A stretch of 64,000 nt of DNA. Source: an uncultured Rikenellaceae bacterium (GTDB taxonomy: Bacteria; Bacteroidota; Bacteroidia; Bacteroidales; VadinHA17). Under the pieces are notes generated by a model. The model ran no database searches and was not told the DNA's origin. It saw only the letters and a list, made by a program, of their open reading frames with translations. The number at the start of each line of letters is the position of its first letter. The first letter of the stretch is position 1. The translations under genes and the position numbers were made by a program. The stretch covers positions 7,857-71,856 of the forward strand of contig CAZFVQ010000010.1 of assembly GCA_964522415.1 (NCBI GenBank), read 5' to 3'. This document shows positions 9,012 through 19,080 of this stretch, in pieces.

Positions 9012-9019
9012 TATCTTTG
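9012..9019 (+). promoter_or_regulatory. Candidate Bacteroidota -7 promoter box (TAtcTTTG) for hcp
   Basis: tatctttg matches TAnnTTTG and lies 26 nt upstream of the hcp ATG in an AT-rich intergenic region. Confidence 0.4.
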
Positions 9020-9044
9020 CAACGAATCTAAAAATTGAAATATT

Positions 9045-10682
9045 ATGAGTATGTTTTGCAACCAGTGTCAGGAGACGGCTAAGAACACAGGCTGTACAAT
9101 CAACGGAGTTTGCGGCAAAAAAGAAGAAACCGCCAATATTCAGGATTTATTGATATTTGCTTGTCAGGGACTTTCATTTGCCACCATAGAAGCCCGCAGG
9201 CAGGGACTCAGCACAAATGCAGAAAGCAAGCATATCACGAATTGCCTGTTTATGACAATTACAAATGCGAATTTTGATGACAGAACCATCATTCAGGCTG
9301 TCAGAGAATGTTTGAATTACAGGGACAGTCTGAAAGCCAGGGTAAGCGTTACGGAAAAGCATGACTGCATTACATGGAATGGCGGCAATGATCAGGAACT
9401 TTATGAAAAGGCAAGGCTTGTCGGTACGTTAACATATGATACGGATGAAGATGTCCGTTCACTGAAGCAGTATGCCCTGTACGGGATAAAAGGAATGGCA
9501 GCATATGCCGAGCATGCCTTCAATCTCGGTTATGAAGACGATGACATATTTGATTTTATGGAACAGACCCTGGTAAAGCTGAGAAAGCCGGCCGATGCTG
9601 ATACCATGCTTAACTGGTTAATGAAAACAGGTGAATACGGAGTAAAAGTAATGGCTCTTCTTGACAGGGCAAATACCTCAACATACGGTAATCCGGAAAT
9701 AACAAAAGTAAATATAGGAACCCGCAGCAATCCGGGAATCCTCATCAGCGGACATGATCTCAGGGATCTTGAACAATTACTGATCCAGTCCGAAGGCAAG
9801 GGAGTGGATATCTATACTCACTCCGAAATGCTGCCTTCCCATGCATATCCCGAGCTTAAGAAATACAGCCACCTTGCAGGCAATTATGGCAACGCATGGC
9901 ACCGTCAGCTGGATGAGTTTGAAACCTTCAACGGACCCGTACTCTTTACCACCAACTGCCTTGTTCCGCCGAGAAAAAACAGCACTTACAACGACAGGAT
10001 ATTTACAACCGGGGCAACAGGAATGCCCGGATGGAAATCCATTGATAAAAAACTGCCGGACGGACAGAAGGATTTTTCTGAAATCATTGAATTCGCAAAA
10101 AAATGTCAGCCCCCTGCGGAAATTGAAAACGGTGAAATCACCATAGGTTTTGCACACAACCAGGTGCTGGCTCTTGCAGACAAGATCCTTGAAGCTGTAA
10201 ATTCAGGCGCAATAAAGAAAATGGTTGTAATGTCGGGTTGTGATGCCCGTCAGAAAAGCCGGGAATATTATACGGAATTTGCTAAAAGTCTTCCGAAGGA
10301 TACTGTAATCCTGACATCAGGCTGTGCAAAATACCGCTACAACAAACTGAATCTTGGAGATATAAACGGAATTCCGAGAGTACTTGATGCAGGTCAGTGC
10401 AATGATTCCTATTCATGGGCATTTGTGGCACTAAAACTCAAGGAGGTACTGAATCTTGACGACATAAACAAGCTTCCTATAGTGTTCAATATCGCATGGT
10501 ATGAACAAAAAGCCATTATCGTTCATCTTGCACTGCTTTACCTGGGAATAAAAAATACCCATATCGGTCCTACCCTTCCCGGATTCCTGACACCCAATGT
10601 CCTTAAAATAGTACAGGAAAAATTCGGAGTCCAGGTTAACAGCACTGTGGAAGAAGATCTGAAAATTTTTGGATTAAACTAA
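9045..10682 (+). CDS. hcp: Hydroxylamine reductase / hybrid-cluster protein
   Basis: 545 aa with the N-terminal Cys motif [17 protein letters not shown]. The protein has Hcp-family character along its whole length. Confidence 0.93.
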   Translation: MSMFCNQCQETAKNTGCTINGVCGKKEETANIQDLLIFACQGLSFATIEARRQGLSTNAESKHITNCLFMTITNANFDDRTIIQAVRECLNYRDSLKARVSVTEKHDCITWNGGNDQELYEKARLVGTLTYDTDEDVRSLKQYALYGIKGMAAYAEHAFNLGYEDDDIFDFMEQTLVKLRKPADADTMLNWLMKTGEYGVKVMALLDRANTSTYGNPEITKVNIGTRSNPGILISGHDLRDLEQLLIQSEGKGVDIYTHSEMLPSHAYPELKKYSHLAGNYGNAWHRQLDEFETFNGPVLFTTNCLVPPRKNSTYNDRIFTTGATGMPGWKSIDKKLPDGQKDFSEIIEFAKKCQPPAEIENGEITIGFAHNQVLALADKILEAVNSGAIKKMVVMSGCDARQKSREYYTEFAKSLPKDTVILTSGCAKYRYNKLNLGDINGIPRVLDAGQCNDSYSWAFVALKLKEVLNLDDINKLPIVFNIAWYEQKAIIVHLALLYLGIKNTHIGPTLPGFLTPNVLKIVQEKFGVQVNSTVEEDLKIFGLN

Positions 10683-10745
10683 ATTATAGTGTTTATTTGA
10701 AAGATTTGTAAAACAACAATTTACTAAAGACTATTCAATTTCCCT

Positions 10746-10815
10746 GGCTGTTCATAAAGATCTTTGCATAATTTCATTAAGACTGCAAGGATTTTATAAA
10801 CAGCCTTTTTTCTTT
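10746..10815 (+). terminator. Rho-independent terminator downstream of hcp
   Basis: A long imperfect hairpin GGCTGTTCATAAAGATCTTTGCA-(15-nt loop)-TGCAAGGATTTTATAAACAGCC is followed by TTTTTTCTTTT. Confidence 0.65.
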
Positions 10816-10952
10816 TAAAAACATACATTCCTGTTAAAATACTGTTCAGACAATTTACCTTATGGCAAAAAAGATCATCAGAAATATTTCATTCATGATT
10901 GGATGACTACTGACTTAAGAATATTCTTATACTCACCCTCACATCAGAACAA

Positions 10953-12242
10953 ATGGAAATACTTATTTTGTTTATTCTTATTCTGCTTAACAGCTTTTTT
11001 TCATTGTCTGAAATTTCCCTGGTGTCAAGCAAGAGATCCAGGCTGGAACAAATGAAAAGTGAAGGAAGGAACGGAGCAGTAACGGCTTTGCGGCTTCTTG
11101 ACAATTCAGGAAGTTTTCTTTCCGCAATCCAGGTCGGGGTAACTCTCATCGGTATCATAACAGGATACTATGGAGGCAGTAATCTCGCAGATAAGGTCAC
11201 CCCGCTTTTCGAACGGATAGGATTCCTCGGGGATTCTGCAGGTGATCTGGCTCTCGTGCTGACAATCCTCGTAATTACATATTTTTCCATTGTTATCGGA
11301 GAGCTTGTTCCAAAAGTCATTGCCCTGAACAATCCTGAAAAAATTGCAGTCAGAACAGCTCCTGTCATCTCTTATTTCAGCAAATTCCTTTATGCTTTCG
11401 TAAGATTTCTAACTTCATCAACATCTGTCATAATCAGGATCTTGGGTATAAAATCAATAAGCGAACCCGTCACGGAAGCGGAATTGAGGCAGATGATCAG
11501 ACTCGCTTCAAAGGAAGGTGTCATCGAAAAGGCCCAGAATAAGATTCATGAGAAAGTCTTTTATTTTTCGGATAAGAGGGCAAAACATATCATGACTCAC
11601 CGTACCGAAGTGGAATGGGTAAATATCAGGAATGCGGAGGAAGTTCTAAGAACTGAAATAGTGAGAACACGTCACAGCAAGATTCTGTGCTGCAACGGCA
11701 CACTCGATAATTTTGCCGGAGTACTTTTTGTAAAAGACTACCTCATTGCCCTCAGTTCAGACAGGAATATAAAAATCAGCGACCTTCTCGTACAGCCCCT
11801 GATTATTCCGGAAACTTCCGATGCATATAAGGTACTTGAGCTTTTCAAGGAAAAACATATCCGATTCTGTGTCGTGGTAAATGAATATGGCAGCTTTGAA
11901 GGAATCATCACCCCTCACGATATAATGGAAAATATTATCGGGGAATTCCCTGAGGAAGGCGAACCATATGAACCTGATATTTTTATAAGAGATGACAAAT
12001 CTGTACTTGTGAATGGTGATGCACCGGCAGAAATACTCGACGGGATAATTGAAGGATTTACCATCGATTACGAGAAAGTTGACTATTCAACAGTTGCCGG
12101 TTTTGTTTTCAGCAAAATAAATAAAATTCCCGAGATAGGCGATAAGCTGGAGTATGCGGGTTATCTGTTTGAAATAGTGGACATAGATGGTAAAAGAATA
12201 GACAAGGTTCTGATCAGAAAAATACCGGATCAGGTCCAATAA
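10953..12242 (+). CDS. Hemolysin-family / CNNM-type membrane protein (DUF21 + CBS pair + CorC_HlyC)
   Basis: 429 aa with N-terminal TM segments, a CBS-pair region, and a C-terminal CorC/HlyC-like segment (GYLFEIVDIDGKRIDKVLIRK). Confidence 0.85.
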   Translation: MEILILFILILLNSFFSLSEISLVSSKRSRLEQMKSEGRNGAVTALRLLDNSGSFLSAIQVGVTLIGIITGYYGGSNLADKVTPLFERIGFLGDSAGDLALVLTILVITYFSIVIGELVPKVIALNNPEKIAVRTAPVISYFSKFLYAFVRFLTSSTSVIIRILGIKSISEPVTEAELRQMIRLASKEGVIEKAQNKIHEKVFYFSDKRAKHIMTHRTEVEWVNIRNAEEVLRTEIVRTRHSKILCCNGTLDNFAGVLFVKDYLIALSSDRNIKISDLLVQPLIIPETSDAYKVLELFKEKHIRFCVVVNEYGSFEGIITPHDIMENIIGEFPEEGEPYEPDIFIRDDKSVLVNGDAPAEILDGIIEGFTIDYEKVDYSTVAGFVFSKINKIPEIGDKLEYAGYLFEIVDIDGKRIDKVLIRKIPDQVQ

Positions 12243-12354
12243 TATGAAACCTGAAGTAAAAACAGGCAAACAAATGAAGTTTTTCACGATATTTGAAAAC
12301 TGATATCTTAAACTCCTTCAAACTGATTTGAATGCATTATAAATTTAAGTCAAT

Positions 12355-13821
12355 ATGAAAAAATCACCTATTACACTAAAAGCCTCCCTGCTGTTTTTTG
12401 CGGTTCTGATTATTTCTTCCTGTGCAGTAAATCCGGTAACAGGCAAAAGACAAATAATGCTGATGTCAGAAGAACAGGAAATCCAGCTGGGCTTTTCCTA
12501 TGATCCTCAGGTTACTGAAACTTTTGGTGAATATCAGAATGACAAAATTCTTAATTTCCTCCAGACTAAAACAACAGAGATGGGTAAAATCTCTCACAGG
12601 CCCAATCTCCGGTATCACATAAAAATTCTGGATTCACCCGTGGTAAATGCATTTGCCGTTCCGGGCGGATATATATATCTCACCCGGGGTATACTGGCCC
12701 AGCTCAACAATGAAGCTGAACTGATGGGAGTAATAGGTCATGAAATGGGACATATTACAGCACGGCATTCAGTGAGCCAGCAGACCAAGCAGCAGCTGAC
12801 CCAGTTACTTATGATAGGCGGAATGATAGCTTCAGAAAAATTTGCCCGCTATGCAGAACAGGCTTTTCAGGGAATGCAGCTTCTTTTCCTCAAATTCAGC
12901 CGCGACAATGAACGGGAAGCTGACGCACTGGGAGTAGAGTATTCTTCCAGAATCAGCTATGATGCCCATAAAATGGCAGATTTCTTTCAGGTCCTCAATA
13001 AAATGAATATGGAAGAAAGTCAGGGCGGCGTTCCCACATTCCTCTCAACTCATCCCGATCCCGGAGACCGCTATAATTCCGTACACCAGTCCTCCACCGA
13101 ATGGCAGACAAAACTCGGTTATCCTGCATACAAAGTGAATCAGGAGAATTATCTCCAGCTGATCGATGGAATTGTTTATGGGGAAGATCCCCGGCAGGGC
13201 TTTGTTGAAAACAACACATTCTACCATCCCGGACTGAAGTTCAGATTCAATTTCCCCGGCGGATGGGGATATGAGAATACTCCTTCCCAGGTCAACATGG
13301 GACCAGCAGATGGTAAAGCCCTGATGGTCTTTACCATGACTTCCCAGAAAACCCTGCAGAATGCCGCAGATACCACACTTGCCGCACTTGGACTCACACT
13401 GCTTGAATCGAAAAACAGCACTGTCAACGGAATACCGGCCAGGGTAACCATCTCCAGGCAGTCTGCCCAGGATCAGTCAGGCGATCAGCAGACTTCAAAC
13501 CTTGTATTGTCATATTTTATTCAACATAGTAATGTTATTTATATTTTTCACGGTGTGGCAGCTGAAGCAGATTTCAATAAATATTTCAATACCATGGAAT
13601 CATCCATGCAAACATTTGCAAAGCTCACTGATCCGTCGAAACTCAATGTAAAACCAACCAGACTGCTGGTAAAAAGGGTTCCAGCAACAGCAACAGTATC
13701 AGGCACGCTCAGCTCTCTCGGCGTTGCCAGGGATAAACTGCAGGAAATAGCCCTGCTGAATAACCTGGAACTAAACAGCACTATTCAGGCCGGCAGGTTA
13801 ATAAAGGTTATAGGACAATAA
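12355..13821 (+). CDS. M48-family zinc metalloprotease, lipoprotein; possible C-terminal LysM-like segment
   Basis: Signal plus lipobox (LIISSC) and HEMGH (HExxH). The tail LQEIALLNNLELNSTIQAGRLIKVIG resembles a LysM half-motif. Confidence 0.8.
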   Translation: MKKSPITLKASLLFFAVLIISSCAVNPVTGKRQIMLMSEEQEIQLGFSYDPQVTETFGEYQNDKILNFLQTKTTEMGKISHRPNLRYHIKILDSPVVNAFAVPGGYIYLTRGILAQLNNEAELMGVIGHEMGHITARHSVSQQTKQQLTQLLMIGGMIASEKFARYAEQAFQGMQLLFLKFSRDNEREADALGVEYSSRISYDAHKMADFFQVLNKMNMEESQGGVPTFLSTHPDPGDRYNSVHQSSTEWQTKLGYPAYKVNQENYLQLIDGIVYGEDPRQGFVENNTFYHPGLKFRFNFPGGWGYENTPSQVNMGPADGKALMVFTMTSQKTLQNAADTTLAALGLTLLESKNSTVNGIPARVTISRQSAQDQSGDQQTSNLVLSYFIQHSNVIYIFHGVAAEADFNKYFNTMESSMQTFAKLTDPSKLNVKPTRLLVKRVPATATVSGTLSSLGVARDKLQEIALLNNLELNSTIQAGRLIKVIGQ

Positions 13822-13838
13822 TTAAAAAAACAGAAAAA

Positions 13839-14813
13839 ATGAATTTCTATCGCTTCAATCCACCAATAAGATCGGAAGAATGGAAGAAACATATTCCATA
13901 CTTTAAATATCTTCTCTATGGCATTGCAGCTCTTATACTGCTTTCAATGACTTTCTATCAGATCCGCCCCGAGGAGGCCGGCGTAATTACCAGATTCGGA
14001 AAATTTATCCGTACTGAAGCACCCGGACTTCATGTCAAGCTGCCAATACTGGAAAGACTCTACAAGGTTGCAGTGGAACGCCAGCACAAGGAAGAATTTG
14101 GTTTCAGAACAACATACAGCGGCATCAGGTCAGATTATGCAAAATCGGGAACAAGCAATGAATCCCTCATGCTTACGGGGGATCTTAACCTGGCAGACGT
14201 TGAATGGGTTGTACAATACCGTATCAATGACCCCTACAAATATCTTTTCAAGGTAAGAGATCCGGTCTCTACAATGCGGGATATCTCGGAAGCTATTATG
14301 AGACAAATTGTAGGTGACCGGACAGTTAACGAGGTACTGACAGTGGGACGGGCAGAAATAGCTGCTATAGTTCATCAGAAAATTCAGGAATTATGTACGG
14401 AATATTCCCTGGGACTGAAAATTGAACAGGTAATCCTGCAGGATGTAAATCCGCCTGATCCCGTAAAAGATGCCTTTAATGCGGTTAATCAGGCACAACA
14501 GGAGAAAGAGACACTGATAAATCAGGCCAGGTCGGAATACAATAAAATAATCCCCAAAGCAAGAGGTCAGGCTGAAGAAACAATCCAGACTGCAACGGGG
14601 TATGCGACAGAACGTGTCAATAATGCACTCGGGGAAACCGCCCGGTTCAACGCTCTTTACCGGGAATATATCAAGGCGCCCGAAATAACAAAACAAAGAC
14701 TGTATCTCGAAACTATGCAAAAGGTGATACCAAAGCTTGGCAACAAGATAATCACCGATGAAAAGGGCAATAATGTACTGCCCCTTCTTCAGATGCAGAC
14801 AAAAAACCTATAA
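13839..14813 (+). CDS. hflK: SPFH/band-7 protein, FtsH protease modulator HflK
   Basis: 324 aa with an N-terminal TM and the SPFH core (GVITRFGKF..., PGLHVKLP). It is followed by the HflC-like partner. Confidence 0.8.
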   Translation: MNFYRFNPPIRSEEWKKHIPYFKYLLYGIAALILLSMTFYQIRPEEAGVITRFGKFIRTEAPGLHVKLPILERLYKVAVERQHKEEFGFRTTYSGIRSDYAKSGTSNESLMLTGDLNLADVEWVVQYRINDPYKYLFKVRDPVSTMRDISEAIMRQIVGDRTVNEVLTVGRAEIAAIVHQKIQELCTEYSLGLKIEQVILQDVNPPDPVKDAFNAVNQAQQEKETLINQARSEYNKIIPKARGQAEETIQTATGYATERVNNALGETARFNALYREYIKAPEITKQRLYLETMQKVIPKLGNKIITDEKGNNVLPLLQMQTKNL

Positions 14814-14826
14814 ATCACAGAAAGAC

Positions 14827-15777
14827 ATGAATTATAAAAAAATAATACTGGGACTCACGCTAGCAGTTTTCGCACTCATAGTGATTCTGGAAACCGTGTA
14901 CATGATTACCGAAACCGAACAGGTTGTCATAACACAGTTCGGGAAACCCGTAGGGGATGCAAAAGTGACCCCTGGCCTCAATCTAAAAATACCTTTTATC
15001 CAGAGAGTCAATTATTTTGAAAAAAGATTTATGGAGTGGGATGGCGATGCCAACCAGGTGCCGACAAAAGACAAGAAATTCATTTATGTGGATACCTATG
15101 CACGATGGCAGATAACCGATCCCCTGCAATTCTTCAAGCGTCTGACCGACGAAAGGGGCGCCCAATCCAGGCTGGCCGATATTCTCGACGGTGAAACACG
15201 TGACTTTATTGCAAATCACGATCTGGAAGAAGTGGTCAGATCAGTAAACAGAACACCTGTTCCGTCCGGTTCCATAGGTGAGGAAGTGGGGGATACACTG
15301 TCAGATATCAATGAAGGGCGCCTCCGGATACAGGAAAGGATACTTGAATCATCCAATGAGAAAGCCGGCGACCTTGGGATCATAATCCTGGATGTGAGAA
15401 TAAAAAGATTGAATTATGTTACTGAAGTCCAGACCCAGGTTTATGAACGAATGAAAAGCGAAAGATACAGGATTGCTGAAAAATTCCGGTCAGAAGGCCT
15501 GGGGGAAGCCTCAAAAATAAACGGAGAAAAGGAAAGGGATCTGAAAACCATTCAATCGGAAGCATATCGCAAAGCCGAGGAAATCAGAGGTGAAGCTGAT
15601 GCAAGGGCAACTGCCGTATATGCCGGGGCATATAATCAGTCGGCAGCTTCGAGAAACCTGTACAGCTTTATGAAATCTATGGAAACATTCGAAAAAACGT
15701 TTGATACCACAACCACAATCATAATCTCAACGAGAAGTGAATTATACAAATACCTTATAAATATCAGCCAACATTGA
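14827..15777 (+). CDS. hflC: SPFH/band-7 protein, FtsH protease modulator HflC
   Basis: I placed the start at ATG 14827 (MNYKKIILGLTLAVFALIVIL, a TM segment), 14 nt after the hflK stop. The SPFH core is ITETEQVVITQFGKPVG. The ORF-track start at 14758 would overlap hflK. Confidence 0.8.
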   Translation: MNYKKIILGLTLAVFALIVILETVYMITETEQVVITQFGKPVGDAKVTPGLNLKIPFIQRVNYFEKRFMEWDGDANQVPTKDKKFIYVDTYARWQITDPLQFFKRLTDERGAQSRLADILDGETRDFIANHDLEEVVRSVNRTPVPSGSIGEEVGDTLSDINEGRLRIQERILESSNEKAGDLGIIILDVRIKRLNYVTEVQTQVYERMKSERYRIAEKFRSEGLGEASKINGEKERDLKTIQSEAYRKAEEIRGEADARATAVYAGAYNQSAASRNLYSFMKSMETFEKTFDTTTTIIISTRSELYKYLINISQH

Positions 15778-15837
15778 AATATTACTGATATAATTACTAA
15801 TTTACGAGTCGATTTTTAACTAAAAAATGAGAATAAA

Positions 15838-17100
15838 ATGAAAATGAAATTACAAAAACTGTTGATCCTGTTTATCAGTCTAACGATCAGTGGATTAGCA
15901 ATAGGGCAGACCTATAATATCGTTATCAAGGGCGGACATGTCATTGACCCTAAAAATAATATCAACGCCGTAATGGATGTTGCGGTAAAAGACGGCAAGA
16001 TAGCAATGGTTGCCAAAAACATCGATGCCAGGGAAGGAAGACAGGTAGTTGATGCAAAGGGAATGTATGTTACACCCGGTCTCATCGACATGCACGTTCA
16101 TGTTTATCATGGCACAATACTCGATCATCAGTATTGCAACGGTCCCAATTCTGTGGTGCCGGACGGATTTACCTTCCGTTCCGGTGTTACAACGGTTGTA
16201 GATGCAGGCTGTGCCGGATGGAGATCTTTTCCTGAATTCAAGAGAAACATAATTGACAGATCCCAGACACGTGTCCTGGCCCTGCTGAATATTGTGGGAG
16301 ATGGTATGAGAGGCGGTCCCGCTGAACAGAATCTGAAGGATATGGAACCGGTAAGAACGGGTGAATATGCAAAAAAGCATTCTGAGGATATTGTCGGAAT
16401 AAAGCTTGCACATTATACCGGATATGAATGGGAACCCACTGACAAAACAGTTGAAGCTGGAAGAATAGCCGATATGCCTGTGATGATCGATTTCGGCGGT
16501 GCTGAACCTCCCCTTCCCATTGAAGAACTGTTCATGAAACATCTTCGCCCGGGCGACATTTTCACACATTGCTTCGCCCAGCTGGGCAGCGGAAGGGAAT
16601 ATGTTGTCGATCCGGATGCGGGCAAGGTGAAACCCTTCGTATGGGATGCCGTCAAGAGAGGCATAATATTTGATGTTGGCTACGGAGGAATCAGTTTTGC
16701 CTATTCACAAGGAATACCCGCTATCAAAAGCGGCCTCTATCCCCACGTGATAAGTACTGATCTCCATACAGGAAGCATGAATGCAGCAATGAAAGATCTG
16801 GTTACAACAATGTCAAAATTCCTTGCCATGGGAATGGACCTGCAGAGTGTGATCAAGGCAACCACTTCCGAACCTGCAAGAGTGATCAAGCGCGAGGAGC
16901 TCGGTAATCTTTCAGTGGGAAGCGATGCTGATGTTACAATCCTGAACCTCAGAAAGGGCAAGTTCGGACTATTTGATTATACCGGCTATAAGCTTGAAAG
17001 TGATCAAAAGCTTGAATGCGAAATGACGATCAGAGGCGGCAGAATAGTATACGACCTCAACGGCATAGCCAATCCGGTTATACTGACAGGCAGGAGATAA
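15838..17100 (+). CDS. Exported amidohydrolase-superfamily metallohydrolase (deacylase/dihydroorotase-like), paralog 1 of 3
   Basis: Sec signal MKMKLQKLLILFISLTISGLAIGQ; HxH motif PGLIDMHVHVY; putative carbamylated-Lys strand GIKLAHY; Asp motif ISTDLH. Confidence 0.8.
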   Translation: MKMKLQKLLILFISLTISGLAIGQTYNIVIKGGHVIDPKNNINAVMDVAVKDGKIAMVAKNIDAREGRQVVDAKGMYVTPGLIDMHVHVYHGTILDHQYCNGPNSVVPDGFTFRSGVTTVVDAGCAGWRSFPEFKRNIIDRSQTRVLALLNIVGDGMRGGPAEQNLKDMEPVRTGEYAKKHSEDIVGIKLAHYTGYEWEPTDKTVEAGRIADMPVMIDFGGAEPPLPIEELFMKHLRPGDIFTHCFAQLGSGREYVVDPDAGKVKPFVWDAVKRGIIFDVGYGGISFAYSQGIPAIKSGLYPHVISTDLHTGSMNAAMKDLVTTMSKFLAMGMDLQSVIKATTSEPARVIKREELGNLSVGSDADVTILNLRKGKFGLFDYTGYKLESDQKLECEMTIRGGRIVYDLNGIANPVILTGRR

Positions 17101-17266
17101 TATATTGAATCAGCAGTATCACAAATTATCATCTGGCAGGAATCAAATACATATTATTATTCACATACTATTAATTAAAATTAGAAGTTAGCAGGCGTCA
17201 ATCATAAATAATTAAACACAATCAATATTTACAAATCATTAATCACAAATCATTAAACTAAAAAAC

Positions 17267-17731
17267 ATGAAAACTGAAAGAAGATCTGCACTGAAGACAA
17301 TGTTTGCATCTGTTCTGGGTTTAGCCGGAGCAGGAGTGGTGGCAAAAGCTGCAACAGGCATAACAAATGAGAAAGAAGCGGATAATATCACCAGTTTCCA
17401 GAGAGCCCCCATGTTCTCAGGTCACACCAAATATGGCAATCTCATATTCATAGCCGGCAAAGGTGCACATGTCGAGCCTTTTACAATCAAAAACCATACT
17501 GAAATTGTTTTGAAGGAACTGGAAGAGGAACTCATCAAAGCCGGTTCTTCAATGGAGAAAGTCCTTAAGGTAAATGTATATCTTGATGATATAAAAGATT
17601 TCCAGGGAATGAATGAAGTGTATGCAGGACGTTTCGGAAGCAAGCCCCCGGTACGTACAACCGTGGCAGTGGCCAAGGGTGGTGTTCCCGGAAGCTCACT
17701 CGTTGAAATGGATTGCATCGCTTACATTTAA
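17267..17731 (+). CDS. RidA/YjgF/UK114-family protein with twin-arginine-type signal peptide
   Basis: The leader is MKTERRSALKTMFASVLGLAGAGVVAKA. The RidA core is IFIAGKG..., KVNVYLDD..F..MNEVY, PPVRTTVAV (the Arg corresponding to the RidA catalytic Arg is present), ...VEMDCIAYI. Confidence 0.8.
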   Translation: MKTERRSALKTMFASVLGLAGAGVVAKAATGITNEKEADNITSFQRAPMFSGHTKYGNLIFIAGKGAHVEPFTIKNHTEIVLKELEEELIKAGSSMEKVLKVNVYLDDIKDFQGMNEVYAGRFGSKPPVRTTVAVAKGGVPGSSLVEMDCIAYI

Positions 17732-17745
17732 TAATTTAAGCTGAA

Positions 17746-18954
17746 ATGAAACGCAGAGATGTTATCAAGGGATTAACAATTCTGCCGGTAGCCGGAGCGG
17801 CAATGGGAAGTACCATTTCATTGGTATCTTCCTGTGCCTCACCGGTCAAACGAGATCTTTTACGCGATCTGGGACTCAGGACATTCATTAATGCAGCCGG
17901 CACTTATACTTTCATGACCGGTTCATTGCTGCCGGATGAAGTAATGGAGGCAATGGTTGCTGCATCAAAGGAATTTGTCCTTCTGGATGACGTACAGGAT
18001 AAGGTCGGAGAAAGAATTGCTGAAATATGTCATGCCGGGGCTGCAACTGTAACAGCCGGCTGCTGGTCAGCCATGGTACTCGGGACTGCAGGAGTCATCA
18101 CCGGGAATGATCAGGCAAAGATCGGACAACTCCCCAATCTCGAGGGGCTGAAATCTGAGGTCATCACACAGGTGAGTCACAACACAGGTTATGTACATGC
18201 ACTGAAAAACACTGGAGTAAGCATTATAGCCGTGGAAACTGTTGAGGAACTGGAAAAGGCAATAAACGAAAAAACTGCCATGCTCTGGTTCCTTAATTAT
18301 ACCGCTCCTCTCGGAAAAATACAGGACAGGGAATGGGTGGAACTGGGGAAAAAGCACAATATACCCACAATGATAGATATAGCTGCAGATGTTCCTCCCG
18401 TTGAAAATCTGTGGAAGTATAACGACATGGGATTCGACCTGGTTTGCATCTCCGGGGGAAAAGGTCTCAGAGGACCACAAAGCGCAGGTATCCTCATGGG
18501 AAGGAAGGATCTTGTTGAGGCTGCAAGGCTTAATGCCCCGCCCCGCGGAGGCAATATCGGCAGAGGCATGAAGGTAAACAAGGAAGAAGTTGTGGGGATG
18601 TATGCTGCAATAGAAAGATATGTCAGTCTCGATCATGACAGGGAATGGAAAATATGGGAAGACAGGATTGCACATATTGAAAATACGGCAAAAAAGATAG
18701 CCGGAGTAAAAACAAGCGTGACCGTTCCTCCTATAGCCAATCACACTCCCACACTGAATATCGCATGGGATCCCGGCGAGATAAAAATCAGCCGCGAAGA
18801 GTTCCAGGAAAGACTGCGTCAGGGAAATCCATCCATTGAAGTAGTTGCCGGCAACGGAAACAGCATTAATATCACCGCATTCATGATGGAACCCGGACAG
18901 GAAATAATTGTTGCTTCCCGCATTGCAGAAGAACTGACAAAAGCTTCCGTCTGA
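17746..18954 (+). CDS. SelA/DgaE-like fold-type-I PLP enzyme with twin-arginine signal, short paralog
   Basis: The leader is MKRRDVIKGLTILPVAGAAMG. The motif DLVCISGGKGLRGPQSAGILMGRKDL matches the SelA-family PLP-lysine motif (S-G-x-K-x-L-x-G-P-Q-x-G). Confidence 0.7.
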   Translation: MKRRDVIKGLTILPVAGAAMGSTISLVSSCASPVKRDLLRDLGLRTFINAAGTYTFMTGSLLPDEVMEAMVAASKEFVLLDDVQDKVGERIAEICHAGAATVTAGCWSAMVLGTAGVITGNDQAKIGQLPNLEGLKSEVITQVSHNTGYVHALKNTGVSIIAVETVEELEKAINEKTAMLWFLNYTAPLGKIQDREWVELGKKHNIPTMIDIAADVPPVENLWKYNDMGFDLVCISGGKGLRGPQSAGILMGRKDLVEAARLNAPPRGGNIGRGMKVNKEEVVGMYAAIERYVSLDHDREWKIWEDRIAHIENTAKKIAGVKTSVTVPPIANHTPTLNIAWDPGEIKISREEFQERLRQGNPSIEVVAGNGNSINITAFMMEPGQEIIVASRIAEELTKASV

Positions 18955-19016
18955 TTCTTCTGAACCATTTACCCGGATCTCCTTCCGGAAAATAACAGGA
19001 AAGAAACAATAAATAT

Positions 19017-19066
19017 AAAAAAGCTTCTGCCTTTCCCCTTAACCGGGTTCAGACAGAAGCTTTTAA
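19017..19066. terminator. Possible bidirectional terminator between convergent operons
   Basis: Stem aagcttctg (19021-19029) pairs with cagaagctt (19054-19062) around a 24-nt loop. An A-run lies upstream and TTTT downstream. The large loop and short U-tracts make it weak. Confidence 0.4.
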
Positions 19067-19080
19067 ATTTCCTTTCCGCA

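Noticed and set aside
8868-9044. An HcpR/FNR-type operator upstream of hcp
   Set aside because: Only a weak aataat-N14-attatt symmetry is present. There is no TTGAT-N4-ATCAA or TGTGA-N6-TCACA-like site, so the evidence is too weak to report as a feature.
17746-18954. A genuine selenocysteine synthase SelA (also 20778-22391)
   Set aside because: Both proteins carry Tat export leaders in place of the N-terminal tRNA-binding region. There are two copies, and they are linked to RidA and deacylases rather than to selB/selD. No in-frame TGA selenoprotein genes are evident. The DgaE-like lyase branch of the family is a better analogy.
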